Source of the DNA: Hemiscyllium ocellatum
Taxonomy: Eukaryota
Direction: 5' to 3'
Assembly (NCBI RefSeq): GCF_020745735.1
Contig: NC_083417.1
Span: forward strand, 75,764,001 to 75,828,000
DNA: 64,000 nucleotides
Positions 25,150-38,134 of this stretch are shown in pieces (the stretch's first letter is position 1; every line of letters begins with the position of its first letter). A program made the translations under genes and the position numbers. The notes below the pieces were generated by a model. It saw only the letters and a list, made by a program, of their open reading frames with translations. It was not told the DNA's origin and did no database searches.

Positions 25150-25810
25150 GGTAGAGGATAGTCAGAAACGTACATCAGGGGAGCCACTGCGGAGTGCAAG
25201 TAATGTGTGATTTAGTCTTAAGGAAATATGGATGCAAATGGATATATAAGATAGCCAAACAGATATGTGAGGGATATATAACATGTAAAAAAAAAGTAAA
25301 CAAGAAAATGTTAAGGAAACAAGTCCCGAGAGGAAGAAACCTGGGATTGAGACCCTTTCATACAAGCAGATTATACTGAACTACCCAGAGTAGGAAGACT
25401 GAGGTTAATGTTGGTAACAGCTGATCATTTATCCGGATGGGCGGAGGCATATTCTCTGGTCACTGCCAATTCCAGAAAGTAAAGGCTTGTTCTTAAAGAA
25501 CTATGTGTTGGGCTTTTCCTCCTCTTTGTCTTTCCTCAGGAAACAGAGTTTATTGGCACAGACTCCGCCCCGTGAATTGGCTGTTCATCCGATTCGACTG
25601 GGCTATTGGGTCTCAGTAAACTCATGGACAGAGACTAAATAGCAACCAGTCTGGGAAGGGCCGTATCAGGTTCTTTTGACCACTGAAACAGCGATAAGAA
25701 TGGCAGAGAAAGGCTGGACTCAATACACTCTGATCACAGGGCCAGTGGAATCTCCTGATGAGGAAGAAGTCTGGACAGCCGAATCAACGCAGCTACCACT
25801 GAAAATCAGG
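25150..25810 (+). pseudogene. pol: ERV integrase fragments
   Basis: GSHCGVQVMCD...C..Y..C (HHCC remnant); QADYTELPRVGRL...LVTADHLSGWAEAY (first catalytic Asp region); GWTQYTLI near 25710 resembles the IN C-terminus; no RT/RNase H seen. Confidence 0.75.
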
Positions 25811-25914
25811 CAAAGTAGACTTTGAGTAACCGATTATACAGTGCGACCCGAGCGCGGGATTATTTCTATGGGATTGTATATTAAGTCTATCGGTGCTTCA
25901 GCACGATTTTTAGA

Positions 25915-27620
25915 ATGTTGGGGATGCTTAAGGTTATGATACTAGCTCTCTTAGTGTTGGGATTTTGTCAAACATCGTCTTCATATGTGTTATTAACGGT
26001 ACCTGAATCTGATAATCCGCTAGTAATAGACGCCGATGCATGCAGCTTAGTAAATCGTAGGGATATAGATAATCAAAGACAGCGCCACAGCTCAGAGATA
26101 CATCTTAACTCCTATGGGAATGGCCTGGAGGATGGTACTTGGTATAATGGTCTCGTCAAAGTACACTGGGCTACCTTCCGAACAGCTTTCGATTGTCCCG
26201 ATAAAAAGTGCAACCCAATATACTTAATGATAAAGAAAACCACAAGGCACGAAGCAACTCTGGGGTGCACCTATCAGCTACAATCAATACAGTCAAATGA
26301 AACATTTGGGATAGAAATGAAAACAAACGGGAATGATTTCTCAGGTTCTTGTATTCGAATTAGCGTAGGAAAGGGAAAACAGGCAGAACAACTGGATGAT
26401 AAGATACAACCATTCACTCCTCCTGATGACCGTAAAGTGGTAAAAATTATAGAGGTGAAGGATTTGAAATAGAATCTGGCTATGGAGATGCAAATGCCTG
26501 GGTAGAATGGTTAAAGTACACAGTAAAAATGTTAAATAAAAGCAATTGCTATGCATGTACCTCTGGTAGACCAATGGCCCAGGTTGTCCCCTTTCCGCTC
26601 GGGTGAAAGCGAGACAGGAATGTATGATAGCCCTGCATGGAATGATAGGATTTGTACCTCCCTATCTCTGATGTTCTCTCCCTGAGAGAAGAAAGACTTA
26701 AAACACCCCCCCACCCCACGTTTTCAGCCACAATCAGAAATCACACGTCATGTGTACATAGAAAAGGTACAAATCGCCTAGAGACTCGGGGGTGCTGAAA
26801 TTATGAACAGAGATTAAGAATTTCACCGAAAAGGACAAGGGAGGGAACTACTCATCAATGAATGTTCGCTGAGAGGATCTGTGGTGGTACTGTGGAGGCA
26901 AAGTATTGAGACAAACCCTACCTCCAGATTGGAGAGGGATATGTGCAATTTTACAATTGGCCTTTCCATTTACCCTGACATTTGAGAAGGAAAGGATAGT
27001 AGGGAAAAAGGGAAGGAGTAAGAGATCACTGTTAGACACTTCTTTCGATGACATGATTTAGCTCAATTCTATAGGAGTCCCTACCTGATGAGTTCAAGGC
27101 TCGCAACCAGCTTGCATCAGTCTTTGGGTCAGATCTCTTTTGGTGGGTAACGGTTAATAAAAATGTAGATTGGACAAATTACAGTTTCTATAATCAACGG
27201 CGATTTATAAATTATGCAAGAGATGCTGTTAAAGGAATATCAGAACAGCTTAATGCGACAAGTAGGATGGCATAGGAAAACAGAATGACCCTTCATATGA
27301 TTTTAGCGGGAAAAGGGTGTGTGTGTGCGATGTTAGGAAGATGCTGTTGTATCTTTGTTCCTAATAACACTGCACCTGATATTTCAATTACTCGGGCCTT
27401 AAGGGATTGATTACCTTAGCAGAGGAACTGGCTGAGAATTCAGAAGTAGACACTTCTCTCCCGGGATTGCTTGAATTATGGTTTGGAAAATATAAGGGGT
27501 TGGTGGTGTCCATCCATACTTTCCTAATAATGGTAGTTGGGGTATTGGTAGCCATTGTCTGTTGCATCATACCCTGTTTACAAGAGCCCACCCAATGACT
27601 GATTGAGACAGCCTTAATGA
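25915..27620 (+). pseudogene. env: Gamma-type retroviral envelope (SU-TM), interrupted after codon 185
   Basis: Signal peptide MLGMLKVMILALLVLGFC; CYAC (CXXC) 26547-26558; furin site RSKR 27014-27025; ISD-like ENRMTLHMILAGKG; CX6CC CAMLGRCCC 27324-27350; TM LVVSIHTFLIMVVGVLVAIVCC. Confidence 0.92.
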
Positions 27621-27796
27621 ATTAGATGCACCGAAAAGGGAATCAGACAGAGGAACTTTATCTAATAAATAACGAGAGGATGAGTGAGACCAAGATGGAT
27701 GAAGTCTCAGGAATGATGCTTGCGAAGTTTGGGGGTGATTCTAAAAGGAAAAAGTTGCAGAAATAGCAATTGAATGTAAAAACAAAAAGGGGGTAT

Positions 27797-28306
27797 TATG
27801 AAGAGCAATTACAAAGGCTGAATCATGAAGGCGGAGAGTGCAGGTTCAACTAGATATGCTTGTACAAACAGTTATAATCATCTGTTTCCTGCATGTGCAA
27901 AAACAAAAACAACAAAAAAACACAATCAAGAGATCATAAAGCTCAGTGTGGATGAAAAATGGGAAGACATGTTGCTTTAGCAAGCAAGGAAACAGATACC
28001 AGTGATGGAGGATATATGCTAACAATCGACCACAGAGGAATGTGGTGAAATGGTCAAGCAAAACCTGCACTTTGTCACGCCCAAGGCCAGATAAGGCAAG
28101 AAATAAACAAGCGTAATGGACGCTGAGTTTAGAGAAGTGGGAGATGTAAACAGGGCAGGAGCAATGGGCTGAGGAAAGGGGAAATGAATTACATAAAAGT
28201 TGTGTTTTCGTTCAACTCGGTGTACCTATCTAGTAGACACGCCTCTTGCAAGAACGTAATAAACGATACTGCTGCTTCAGATCTTGTCTCGGAATGAAAT
28301 TATTTC
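27797..28306 (+). mobile_element. 3' LTR of endogenous retrovirus
   Basis: Polypurine tract AAAAAGGGGG at 27784-27793; starts T(A)TGAAGAGCAATT; AATAAA at 28257-28262; ends at ...TTTCA (end approximate). Confidence 0.85.
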
Positions 28307-29377
28307 AGCAAGTGGGTTCTTTTTCCCACATGGTTGTCATATCATGGTTCACGTATTTGTTCAAGGCTAGTTTCATCAATAAACATCGCACACAAGCACA
28401 CACACCAACCTTCACCAGGTATGGCCCAGTGAGGCAGGTATCAGTTTTTGATGCTATGTGCAATATATTTTATAATGTCATCAAATATGTGATAAGAAAT
28501 GAACTTAACCGGCGTATACATTAATATAAATGTTGACTTCAGACTTTGTCAATTTTCATTCAATTGACAATGCTTAACTTTGTTTAAACTAGTAATTTTT
28601 AATCTTAAGAACGTTGAACCATAAAGGACGGTATGTTATATTTCAGGAATATCAATCCCATGAATTCAAACCGAGGCAGCATGTGGTGGTGTAGCTCACG
28701 TTTAGTCAAAGTGGGAGTACACTTCACAACATGTTGGTGTATCACTGTGAAGTTCCAACATTCTGTAAAGCCAAAAGAAATTAAATAAATAACAGATCGG
28801 TGAGATGTGGTGAAACTACAGCTTTTTCTAAGGATATAACTTTTGATGGTGCAAATGTAAAATTTGTAATAGGTCATTCAGATCAAAATCAGTAAAGGAC
28901 GCTTCACAAATGTATAAAATGCCTACAGTTCTCTGCTCAAAGATAAAGAGTTACATATGCATTGTGCAAGAAAGAAAGAGAAACAAATTGTTCTTCCCCA
29001 GGTGTACGTGGGGAAATTGTAACAGAACATATCTTTTATTTTGGAGGCTGTGCGTTGAAAATAAGGTATGTAAACACTATTTTTAAGTAGAAACAGTGTA
29101 CAAAGTGTTGTTTACAGCTTGGAGAAAGGTACAAGTGAAGCAAACTGATACAAGTGAAACAACGTTAACTTTTGGAGACATTGAGTCTAGATAATCTGGC
29201 ATCAATTGTTGAGGGAACAGGACAGCCCAGCACAATACATCACACCCTGTTTGGTCTGGCTTCAGTTTTACACAGGTACTGTGGAAATATGCAACACTGA
29301 AGTGTACCCCTCCTGAAGCGATCTGCATCAGTCTCTCTGTCTCTCTCTCTCTCATTTACATGTTTAAAGTTTGAGAG

Positions 29378-30330
29378 AAGATTTGTAGCTCGAGAGCTCG
29401 TTGTTGTGGTTCTGTTCACCGAGCTGAGACTTTGTGTTGCAGACGTTTCGTCCCCTGTCTAGGTGACATCCTCAGTATTTGGGAGCCTCCAGTGAAGCGT
29501 TTCTGTGATTTTTCCTCCGGCATTTATAGTGGTTTGTCTCTGCTGCTTCCAGTTGTCAATTCCAGCTGTCTGCAGCAGTGGCCGGTATATTGGGTCAAGG
29601 TCGATGTGTTTGTTGATAGAATCTGTGTATAAGTGCCATGCTTCCATGAATTCCCTGGCTGTTCTCTGTTTGGCTTGTCCTATAATAGTCGTGTTGTCCC
29701 AGTCGAACTCATGATGCTTGTCATCTGCGAGTGCGGTTACTAAGGATAGCTGGTCGTGTCATTTCGTGGCTAGTTGGTGTTCACGAATGAGGATCGTTAG
29801 CAGTCATCCTGTTTGTCCTATGTAGTGTTTTTTTTGCAGTCCTTGCGTGGGATTTTGTATGCTGGGTATCGGGTCCCTGTCCTGGTGAGTTGGTGTCTGA
29901 GAGTGGCTGTTGGTTTGTGTGCTGTTATAAGTCCTATTGGTCGCAGCAGTCTGGCTGTCATTTCAGAAATGTTCTTGATGTATGGTAACATGGCTCGTCC
30001 TTTGGGTTGTGGCAAGTCCTCATTCCGTTGTCTTTCTCTCAGATATCTGTTGATGAAATTGCGGGGGTATCCGTTTTTGGCGCATACATTGTAGAGGTGT
30101 TCTTCTTCTCTTTTTGCCGTTCTGATGTGCTGCAGTGTATTGTAGCCCTTTTGAACAGTGTATTGATGCATGTTCTTTTGTGTGTGTTGGGGTGGTTGCT
30201 TTCATAGTTCATTGACAGATACCTAAGGGAATGATAACCGAGTGAGGATATGCCAGAATCCAAAGGACTAACCACGTTACCATGCATCAAGAACATATTT
30301 GAACTATCGTGTGGTGCTTAGTTCCTACGG
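29378..30330 (-). mobile_element. Penelope-like element (family B): RT thumb, GIY-YIG, terminal repeat
   Basis: HPNTHKRTCINTLFKRATIHCS, KNGYPRNFI, YKIP..DCKK..IGQT, HEFDWDNTTII...AREFMEAWH. Confidence 0.88.
29438..29478 (-). ncRNA. Minimal hammerhead motif (family B)
   Basis: Reverse complement CTGAGGA-T-GTC-A-CCT-AGAC-AGG-G-GAC-GAAA-C-GTC; core intact, stem I weak (ATA/TGC). Confidence 0.55.
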
Positions 30331-30679
30331 GTGAGGATCAGTTTCTGAGGGCGGTTTAAGTTAAACTGATCTAGTTGGAGTGGGCTGTCCAGCAGGGTGG
30401 GATGGGGTATGTTCAACAGGGGTCAGATTTTCATTAACTTGGAGATAATGCAGGATTTATTCTAATACTGGTTTTTCCTTGTGCAACATGGTATATTGGA
30501 GCAGGAGCAGGCCATTCAGCTCTTCGATTCTGGTTAATTCTATTTGATCACAGCTGTACATCCAGTTCAGTACCCTGTTCCTACTTTCTCCCCGTATCCA
30601 ATGATTCCTTAAGAACTAAACCTGCATCTTTCTTGAAAGCCTTTGAAGTTTGAGCCTCAAATGTTTCCATATAATAACA

Positions 30680-30802
30680 AGTGATAGATCAGTAACAAAC
30701 AGAGATAATGCTCGATAATCTCAGCATGTTTGGCAGCATCTGTGGAAAGAGAAAGAAACAGAGTTAACATTTCCTGTCCACTATGACTGTTCTTCAGAAC
30801 TG
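30680..30802 (-). mobile_element. Penelope-like terminal repeat fragment with hammerhead motif (family D)
   Basis: Reverse complement AGTT-CTGAAGA-ACA-GTC-ATAGTG-GAC-AG-GAAA-T-GTT-AACT; stem I AGTT/AACT. Confidence 0.55.
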
Positions 30803-32060
30803 GTAAGTTACTCAGAGCCCTCTGAATCCTCGACTACAATTCAGATTTGAATTCTTACAGAGGGCTTTAGCCATCAGGTGACTTCCCACCGGAAATGTAA
30901 ACTTCATCGCCAAGTAACATGTCAGTGAGTCACTATTTCCAGGCATCCGAGTTGGACCCAGACTCCGAGTATCCAGAGTCTGGAAGAACTGAGCTTCATG
31001 CAAATTCCCAATAGTTGTTATTTTGTTGGTGAATGAATAAATATAACTTGTACTTGATTATATGATGTTTTCTTTTTCCTGTACGTTATAGTACAGCATA
31101 ACTTATTGATCATCAAACTAGACATTCACCAAAGATGAATTTGGTCCAAGAAATATTTCTTAGATACCTGAAAGGCAATTATTCCTTCAAATATTGTTCA
31201 AATAACAACAAGTCATTCTTTACTTAAAACTGCTTTCTGCATTTCTAAATACACTACATGCTGACATGCAGGCACACACATGTAAGTTAAAGTCACTCCA
31301 TCAAGGTAGTCTGACCTCTGTGTTAACTGATAGCAGTGGATTGATTTTGTGCTTTGCTAACAAAGTGCGCAACCTGGAGCCAACTACATGTCAATGATTC
31401 AACTGAGTGTATCAGCAAGTTGAAATATTCTACAGGTGATCTCAACGCATGAAACACAGATTCCTTCATGAACATACTTGTTTAATTAACTAATAGTCTT
31501 GCTGAGCATCCAAACTTTGAAATGTTTTAGGTTTCAAAAACTTACATATTTTATCATTGAACTGCAGAGTTTCTGCCTCTCTTTCCACTTGCACATTGCT
31601 AAATGATCTGACCACCAGTGCAGGAACCACATTTCTTCAGTCAATCTTGCCACATTTATTGCTTTATGAAAGACAACAAAGCACACGCATGACGGGATGA
31701 GACGCCATGTTTTTAACAGTGGGTTAAAATAACAATTAAAATCCCATGGCTTAAAAGAGATTTTAAATTTCGACAATTCACAGAAAAGCCATGCATTACT
31801 TCAACATTTCAACATCTGGAAAGATAACACATTACAGACATAATGCTGAGGACAAGTTAATTCAGTCCACATGGTCTCCAGTCGTAGAAGATATGTTAAC
31901 TGATAAAACACAGCTTGCATATATCAATTCTCAGCTGGACAATTAAAATTTGAATTATCTCCAAGACAATCTTGTCTATAACGTATATACTTGACAGTTG
32001 TTCTCCTGAATATGGTTATATGCAATTCATAAATTTTTCAATCCAAAATGTACATTTTGT

Positions 32061-32368
32061 GGGCGGCACGGTGGCACAGTGGTTAGCACTGCTGCCTCAC
32101 AGCGCCTGAAGACCCGGGTTCAATTCCCGACTCAGGCGACTGACTGTGTGGAGTTTGCACGTTCTCCCCGTGTCTGCGTGGGTTTCCTCCGGGTGCTCCG
32201 GTTTCCTCCCACAGTCCAAAGATGTGCGGGTCAGGTGAATTGGCCATGCTAAATTGCCCGTAGTGTTAGGTAAGGGGTAATGTAGGGGTATGGGTGGGTT
32301 TCGCTTCGGCGGGTCGGTGTGGACTTGTTGGGCCGAAGGGCCTGTTTCCACACTGTAAGTCTAATCTA
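32061..32368 (+). mobile_element. HE1-type tRNA-derived SINE
   Basis: Pol III A box GGTGGCACAGTGGTTAG and B box GGTTCAATTCC; CR1-like 3' end GGGCCGAAGGGCCTGTTTCCACACTGT; CTAAT tail. Confidence 0.93.
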
Positions 32369-32479
32369 CATCACTGATCACATTATTAATTACTCACAGT
32401 TAGGTTGCCTTATGAAACTGGAAGTGAACTGTTGCCAGGACAGAAGGCTTGAGTTGTAAAGCTGCTCCTTTTTCACTGG

Positions 32480-32862
32480 AGCATAGGAGTTTAAGAAACG
32501 ATCTAGGAGAGAATTTTCTTAACTAATGAAGGTATAGATGGAGTTACCTATAGTTGTCTTTTCCCAAAAATTAGGGATCTCAAGACTAAGGGACACATTT
32601 TTAAGGCGAGAGAAGAGCGTTTTAAAAAAGACGGGAGGAGAAAGGTTTTTACACAGAGGGTGGTTCACGTGTGGAATGAGCTTCCTGAGGAAGTGGTGGT
32701 ATGGGTACAATTGCAACATTTAAAAGGCATTAGGATAAGTACCTAAATAAGAAATGTTTATAGGGATATGGGTGCGAGCAGGCAAGTAGGACCAGTTTAG
32801 ATCAGGATTATGTTCAGCATGGACTGGTTGTACGAAAGGGTCTGAATGACTCACAGACTCCA
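32480..32862 (+). mobile_element. CR1 LINE 3' fragment
   Basis: RTRGH-like segment, F..RV...WN.LPE.VV motif, CR1-type 3' UTR. Confidence 0.75.
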
Positions 32863-33522
32863 GAGTGCAGTCAGTGTAGTTCAGGCCCATCCAATATGCT
32901 ACTGGGAAAGGGATAGATAATTTGGATCCAGGAGCAACTGAGAATATCACTATTCTAACGTGAGGTGTTCAATGTCATGACTCAAGAATGTCTACTTTCT
33001 ATCCAAGGAGTACAATTGCATAGTTTTAATGAATATTTCTACTTGCCATTACATGGATGACAGCCTCTGCAAAACAACTCTGGAAAATTGCATTGTCCAG
33101 GACAAAATAGCACATTTGATCAACAAGCATATTCTCTTAAATTATCAGAGCACTTCAGAAGGAAATGACTCATCTAGATGGTCATTAATAGTGATTCACA
33201 GAAAGTGAATGCATACGAATAACACCTATTAATAGTGCATCTGTTACAGCTTTAAGCTGAAAACTTTCATATCATGGTAAAAGTACTTCTGAACATCTCT
33301 CTGCAAAACGGATCACAACAATCCCTGATTCCCAATTTATCCCTTTTCCAGGATCCTTGTATTGTTATGGAATTGATGGATGCCCAAGACAGAAAATAAT
33401 CAATACGATTTCCTCATGATGAGACATTGTCTTGACAAAATGAATGTGGAACATTGGAAAGAAGGCTGCAGAAGCTCCAGAACAATAAGGGGAGAAACAT
33501 TATTTAAATAATCAGCTTGCAC

Positions 33523-34769
33523 GTCACATCAATTAAAGAAACAATGTCACAAATTACAAGAATTAAATTTATAATTTAACACACTAATCCAAAACACAGA
33601 TCAAGTACTTCTCAATTTTAAATTTGTGATCAATATCAGATATTTTATAACTCCTAGAATGTTGCTTACACCCGTCTGGTGTTTTACTAGTCCTTGGTAA
33701 AGTTGTGAATATCTTCATTTGAGAGTGATTGATGAAAAGGGGTTACATAGCTAAGAATCATTGAGAAAAAACCTGCACATAGATGAAGATAAATAATGTC
33801 AAAGACATGATGCTGATATGTAGCGCCGAAAAAGTAACAAGTAATGGAATTTGAGCAGATTAATCTGACAATGCTGATCAGTTTTTTAACGATACAGCAT
33901 TAAGAGGATTATTATTGTGCTCTGTTGTCCTGCTTTCAATACAGAGTTTAGCAGTAGTTCTGCCTCCCTGCTCTTCAAATTGTTACAATTACAGTGGGCT
34001 GCTTCATAAAAAGATTTTGTTTTAAAATGTTAACAACACTGAAAACCGAAAGCAATTGGCTATGCGAGCCAAACAAAGGGCCAACACATCAAATCATTAT
34101 ATGAAGGATTTAATGCAAAGCATTGCAGATTGCAGCACTTCAAGTGCACATCCAACCAAAAATAACTTGTGAAAGAGTCAAAGTTGTCTGCCTGTAATAT
34201 ACTTTCAGACCAGAGATTTTAGATAGCTACGACACTCTGGGATAAACTGTTTCATCATCTCCCCGTTAAACTTTTCTGTCAATCTCTTTAAATCTATATA
34301 CACCAATCACTGACTTCAACATGATGGCTAAGGACCTCTTCCCCGTCCAAAATATCTCAGCCTAACTAAGTTTTGTGCATCCCAATTTCAATGGCAAATG
34401 TATCATTCCATCCAATCGTTCCTCAGCTACATTTTTAGGTTGCAACAACTGCTTCAGGAATACCTTCAGCCTACTCTCTCTGATCTCATAATATTTTGTG
34501 GTGGTTTCCGGTCACAAGAAGAGTGGATCTTATTTGGAAAGGCAAGTTTTTCTTTCACTCAGTGGACATGTGCTCATTGACTCACACGCATATATGTTGT
34601 TCAATTAGGGATAGCGAAGAACGTTTAAGAAACATTTGTCTATCCTGGTCTCAGTTACAACTGATGATCTCATATTTTTCTTGCCAGTATGTCTAAGGGC
34701 TGTTCACTCTGGGATGTCCTGTCCGCTGTGCAGCTTATGTGCAGGTACATATTTCGTTTGCTGTGTATG
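33523..34769 (+). repeat. Copy 1 of a 1.25-kb direct repeat
   Basis: Collinear with 45551-46794 from GTCACATCAATTAAAGAAACAATGTCAC to GTACATATTTCGTTTGCTGTGTATG; offset about 12.03 kb. Confidence 0.92.
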
Positions 34770-35048
34770 AACTGTTCAATGTCAATTTAAAGTCAATCTG
34801 GATTTTAAAAATGATATAATTTATTAATGTTGTATTTTTGTCAAGTCAAATATTCCCAGAATTCATTTACTGCGTTTGTGGGAAGAAAATATGACATTGA
34901 CTTCATACAGTGGTTTAAAATTTGGAGAATTAATTGCACAGTAAAATATGCTAAATTGCTATTGCATCAATAGCCTGGAATAACAATGTTATTTGGGTGT
35001 TGCAGACCGTGTTTCTGTTTAATCGCCGTAAGTATCCTTGTTTGACAG

Positions 35049-35361
35049 CTGCTGCTGGTGTACTTCAGCCAAAGTGAATCCGAATCTTAAAGGATAACGG
35101 CGCAGAGAAGTTCAACAGCTATCTTGCTATGTCTTTTCTCCTACCAAATTGACAATTCAAATACTATCGCTTACTGGTGGAGAGAAGGTGATAAGACCTT
35201 TCTGCAGGAGGATAGCAGAAAGTTATTCCGTATAACTAAAGAAGCAGCCTATCTTAATATTCTGTATGTGACAGTCCAGGACGCTGGAACATATACCTGT
35301 GCAGTCAAGTCCGAACAGCGAACGATTGGCAAAGAAACTAATGTACAACTTACTGGTTATG
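35049..35361 (+). pseudogene. Ig V-set exon (germline V-J-joined type) of receptor 2, in-frame TAA at 35088-35090
   Basis: tttgacAG acceptor and G|GTAAGT donor; RITAQRSSTAILLC...AYWWREG...AYLNILYVTVQDAGTYTCAV...IGKETNVQLT: B-strand C, C-strand W, DxGxYxC, G-strand GxxT. Confidence 0.85.
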
Positions 35362-35544
35362 GTAAGTATCAGCTCAGATAAACACTGACACTTAGCCGCT
35401 TAGAGAAAAAAAAGCAAGCAACAACCATTAGATTGAGACATATCGTGTGAAATAATTGCACTTACTTAAAATGAAATATGTTCACGAATATTGAAACCTT
35501 GGAAATCCACTGAAACTACAAAGTTTCTGGTCTGCTCTGCATTT

Positions 35545-36350
35545 TCAAAAATCCCTTCTGGGACATGGGTGTTGCTGGCTGGTCCAGCATTTATTGACTG
35601 TCACTAGTTGTTCTTGACAAAGTGGTGGGCAGCTGCATAAAATCGCTGCAATCTATGTGCTGTAAATAGCCCAAAATGCTATTTTGGAGACATGTACAAG
35701 ATTGTGACCCAGTGATTGTGAAGGAATATTGATGTGCTTCCATGTCAGGATGTTTAGTGGTTTTGGAGAGACTTGAAGATGGTGGTGTACTCATAGACTT
35801 GCTGCCCTTGCCCTTCTACATGTTAGTGCTTTTGGGTTTTGTAGGTATTTTCTCAGGATCTTTGATGAATTTCTGCAGTAAATCTTGATGGCATACACTG
35901 CTGCTACTGAGTGTCTGTGGTGGAGTGACTGACTGTGGTGTCAATAAAGTGGGATGCTTTTTATGCGGATGATGTCAAACGTCTTGAATGCGCCTAGACC
36001 TGCAGGCAGACAGGCAAGTTGGGAGTATTCCAACACATCCCTGTCTTGTGTCTTGTAAATGCTGGACAGGTTTTGTGGAGTCAGTAGCTGAGTTACTTGC
36101 TGCAGTATTCCTATTCTCTGACCTACGTTTCTAGTTATCTGGCTAACCACAGTTTCTGCTCAGTGGTAACCCCCCAAAATATCAATAGTTAGGGATTTTC
36201 TGATCGTGATTCCATTGAATATCAAGCGTTGAGAGTTCGATTGTCTGTTCTTGGAGATGGATTTGACTGGCATTTGTGTTGCATGAATGTTACTTGCAAC
36301 CAAGTCTTGCTGCATTTGGTCATGGGTTGGTTCCGTTTTTTCGCAATTAG
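35545..36350 (-). mobile_element. LINE (CR1/L2-like) 3' fragment
   Basis: ILQQVTQLLTPQNLSSIYKTQ.R.VLEYS.LA RT C-terminal motif. Confidence 0.7.
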
Positions 36351-36825
36351 CTTTTGCAGAGAAATTCATTGAAATACTTTAACGTATTTTGTATTGAATT
36401 GGAACACAGAGGGACAGGATGAATATCTGCAAAATTTTGCATTTGTGATGTCCTTTAACTCACTGGAATAGCCAAATCCTCAGTCCCATTACTTGGATGG
36501 TTTTTGCTAAATTCCCAGTATCCAGGTCAAATTCATCATCGTGTTTGTAAAGAAAGATGCACTTTAATGATTCTATTTTTTTTATTTTAAGTCAGGACAA
36601 AGCCTGAAAACTAATTTTCCTATAAACACAGAAGGTATTTTGAAAGGATCTTAGGATATTTTAATGTGATAAATGTAACGTTATTTTCAAGTGCTGTCCA
36701 TAAGAACAATTAATGCAAGTGGCATGCTGGAAGAATGTTGTTCTGGTCACTTAAAAAGTATAATTTTGCAGAAGATGAAAAGTTGACTTACCCAGTTTGT
36801 GTTATTTTCCATTCTGCTTCACCAG

Positions 36826-37127
36826 CCCCTTTGAAAATTGTCTCTGTGCCATCTGAAGACCATTTTTCTGCTTCTCTCAGACTCCAGTGCAGGACGTGTT
36901 ACTTTTACTCAAAATCCTTTAACCTTACTTGGCACAAAAATGGGATCGCATCTTGACAGGATTTACGAATGAACAACAGGCAAACTTTGAGGATCTTTAT
37001 GAAGTCATCAGTTCCTTACAGTTGCAAGAGGCTATTCAAAGCGGCACAGTTGACATGTGTCAAGTTGACATGCTTCATATTTCAAGCTCATTTCCTGCAA
37101 TTGCCAGCTACACGATTACGAATAAAG
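36826..37127 (+). pseudogene. Ig C1-set exon of receptor 2, one frameshift near 36955
   Basis: ttcaccAG acceptor and G|GTAAC donor (phase 1-1); APLKIVS...LRLQCRTCYFYSKSFNLTWHKNG, then after the shift LTGFTNEQ...LYEVISSLQL...GTVDMCQVDMLH. Confidence 0.82.
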
Positions 37128-37146
37128 GTAACATTTTATACTGTTG

Positions 37147-37280
37147 ATTCCTGAAGAAGGGCTCATGCACGAATCGTCGATTCTCCTGCTCCTTGGATTC
37201 TGCCTGACCTGCTGCGCTTTTCCAGCAACACATTTTCAGCTCTGATCTCCAGCATCTGCAGTCCTCACTATTTCCTCTAA
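37147..37280 (+). mobile_element. Penelope-like terminal repeat fragment (family A), mutated hammerhead
   Basis: CTGAAGA-AGGGCTCATGCAC-GAAT-CGTC-GATTC followed by the family A tail. Confidence 0.8.
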
Positions 37281-38134
37281 CATTTTATAATATGTGTTAT
37301 ATTAAATACTCATATATGTTTCAAAATAGATAAGTAAGTATGAAATGGTTATGAAAGTTATCATAGGTGGTTGCGACAAAATCATAATTTAACTCCATGT
37401 AATGGATAAAAGTTTTCTTCCTTTGTGTTGTTTGGAACTGATGCGTAGTTCTCACATGTGACCTTACCAAAACTATTTACCATAGGTTATAAAATTATTT
37501 GTTTATGTATAGACTGACTACTCACAAAGGACTGAAAGTTTGATGCTAATTCTTGAGGAAGAATGGATAATATCGAATTTAAGTTTTCCATGTATTTCCA
37601 ATTATCCGGTAGCTCCAGTTTATATTTCCAATCATCAGAGATAATTATTAAATAATCAAGACAGATTCATAGCTGATTGGGTCGTAGCTGCAGAGAATAA
37701 GATTATTTTAGCTGAACTTTATCTCCACAAGCAACTCAAACAATTCTGAAAGCAGGCTTCATTATGTTTTTTTTCTGACTCTGATTTGAATGCAATCAAA
37801 TTAAACTCTCACCAAATCATGTATTATTTTGCAACGTAGCTTAGAAAACTGAGCAGTTATTATAGGTAGCACTATTTCCATTCATTTTAAATTTGTCATT
37901 ATTCGAGACACCTTTATCATTTACCTGTTACTTTAAATTCCAGACATTTTGTTTCCAGTTGCACAACAATCAGTTAAATAAAGAGACAACACAATTGAAA
38001 TTCTCAGCCTTAATGTACTATATTTATCATTTTTCTAAAGCAGTACAATTGAAAATGATCCTTATGATATTTAAGTCTGCATTTCTTCAGGCTATATTGC
38101 AACTTCTAATCTTCAATTTATATTAATGTTACAG

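Noticed and set aside
28605-28762. Possible V exon of receptor 1 (strong acceptor, ECWNFTVIHQ)
   Set aside because: No correctly spaced Cys/Trp or DxGxYxC downstream
29225-29274. Leader-like QYITPCLVWLQFYT-G|GT for receptor 2
   Set aside because: No in-frame ATG found; only suggestive
32061-32140. tRNA gene (also 47950, 49451, 58834)
   Set aside because: tRNA-like A/B boxes are SINE heads continuing into the SINE body and CR1-like tail
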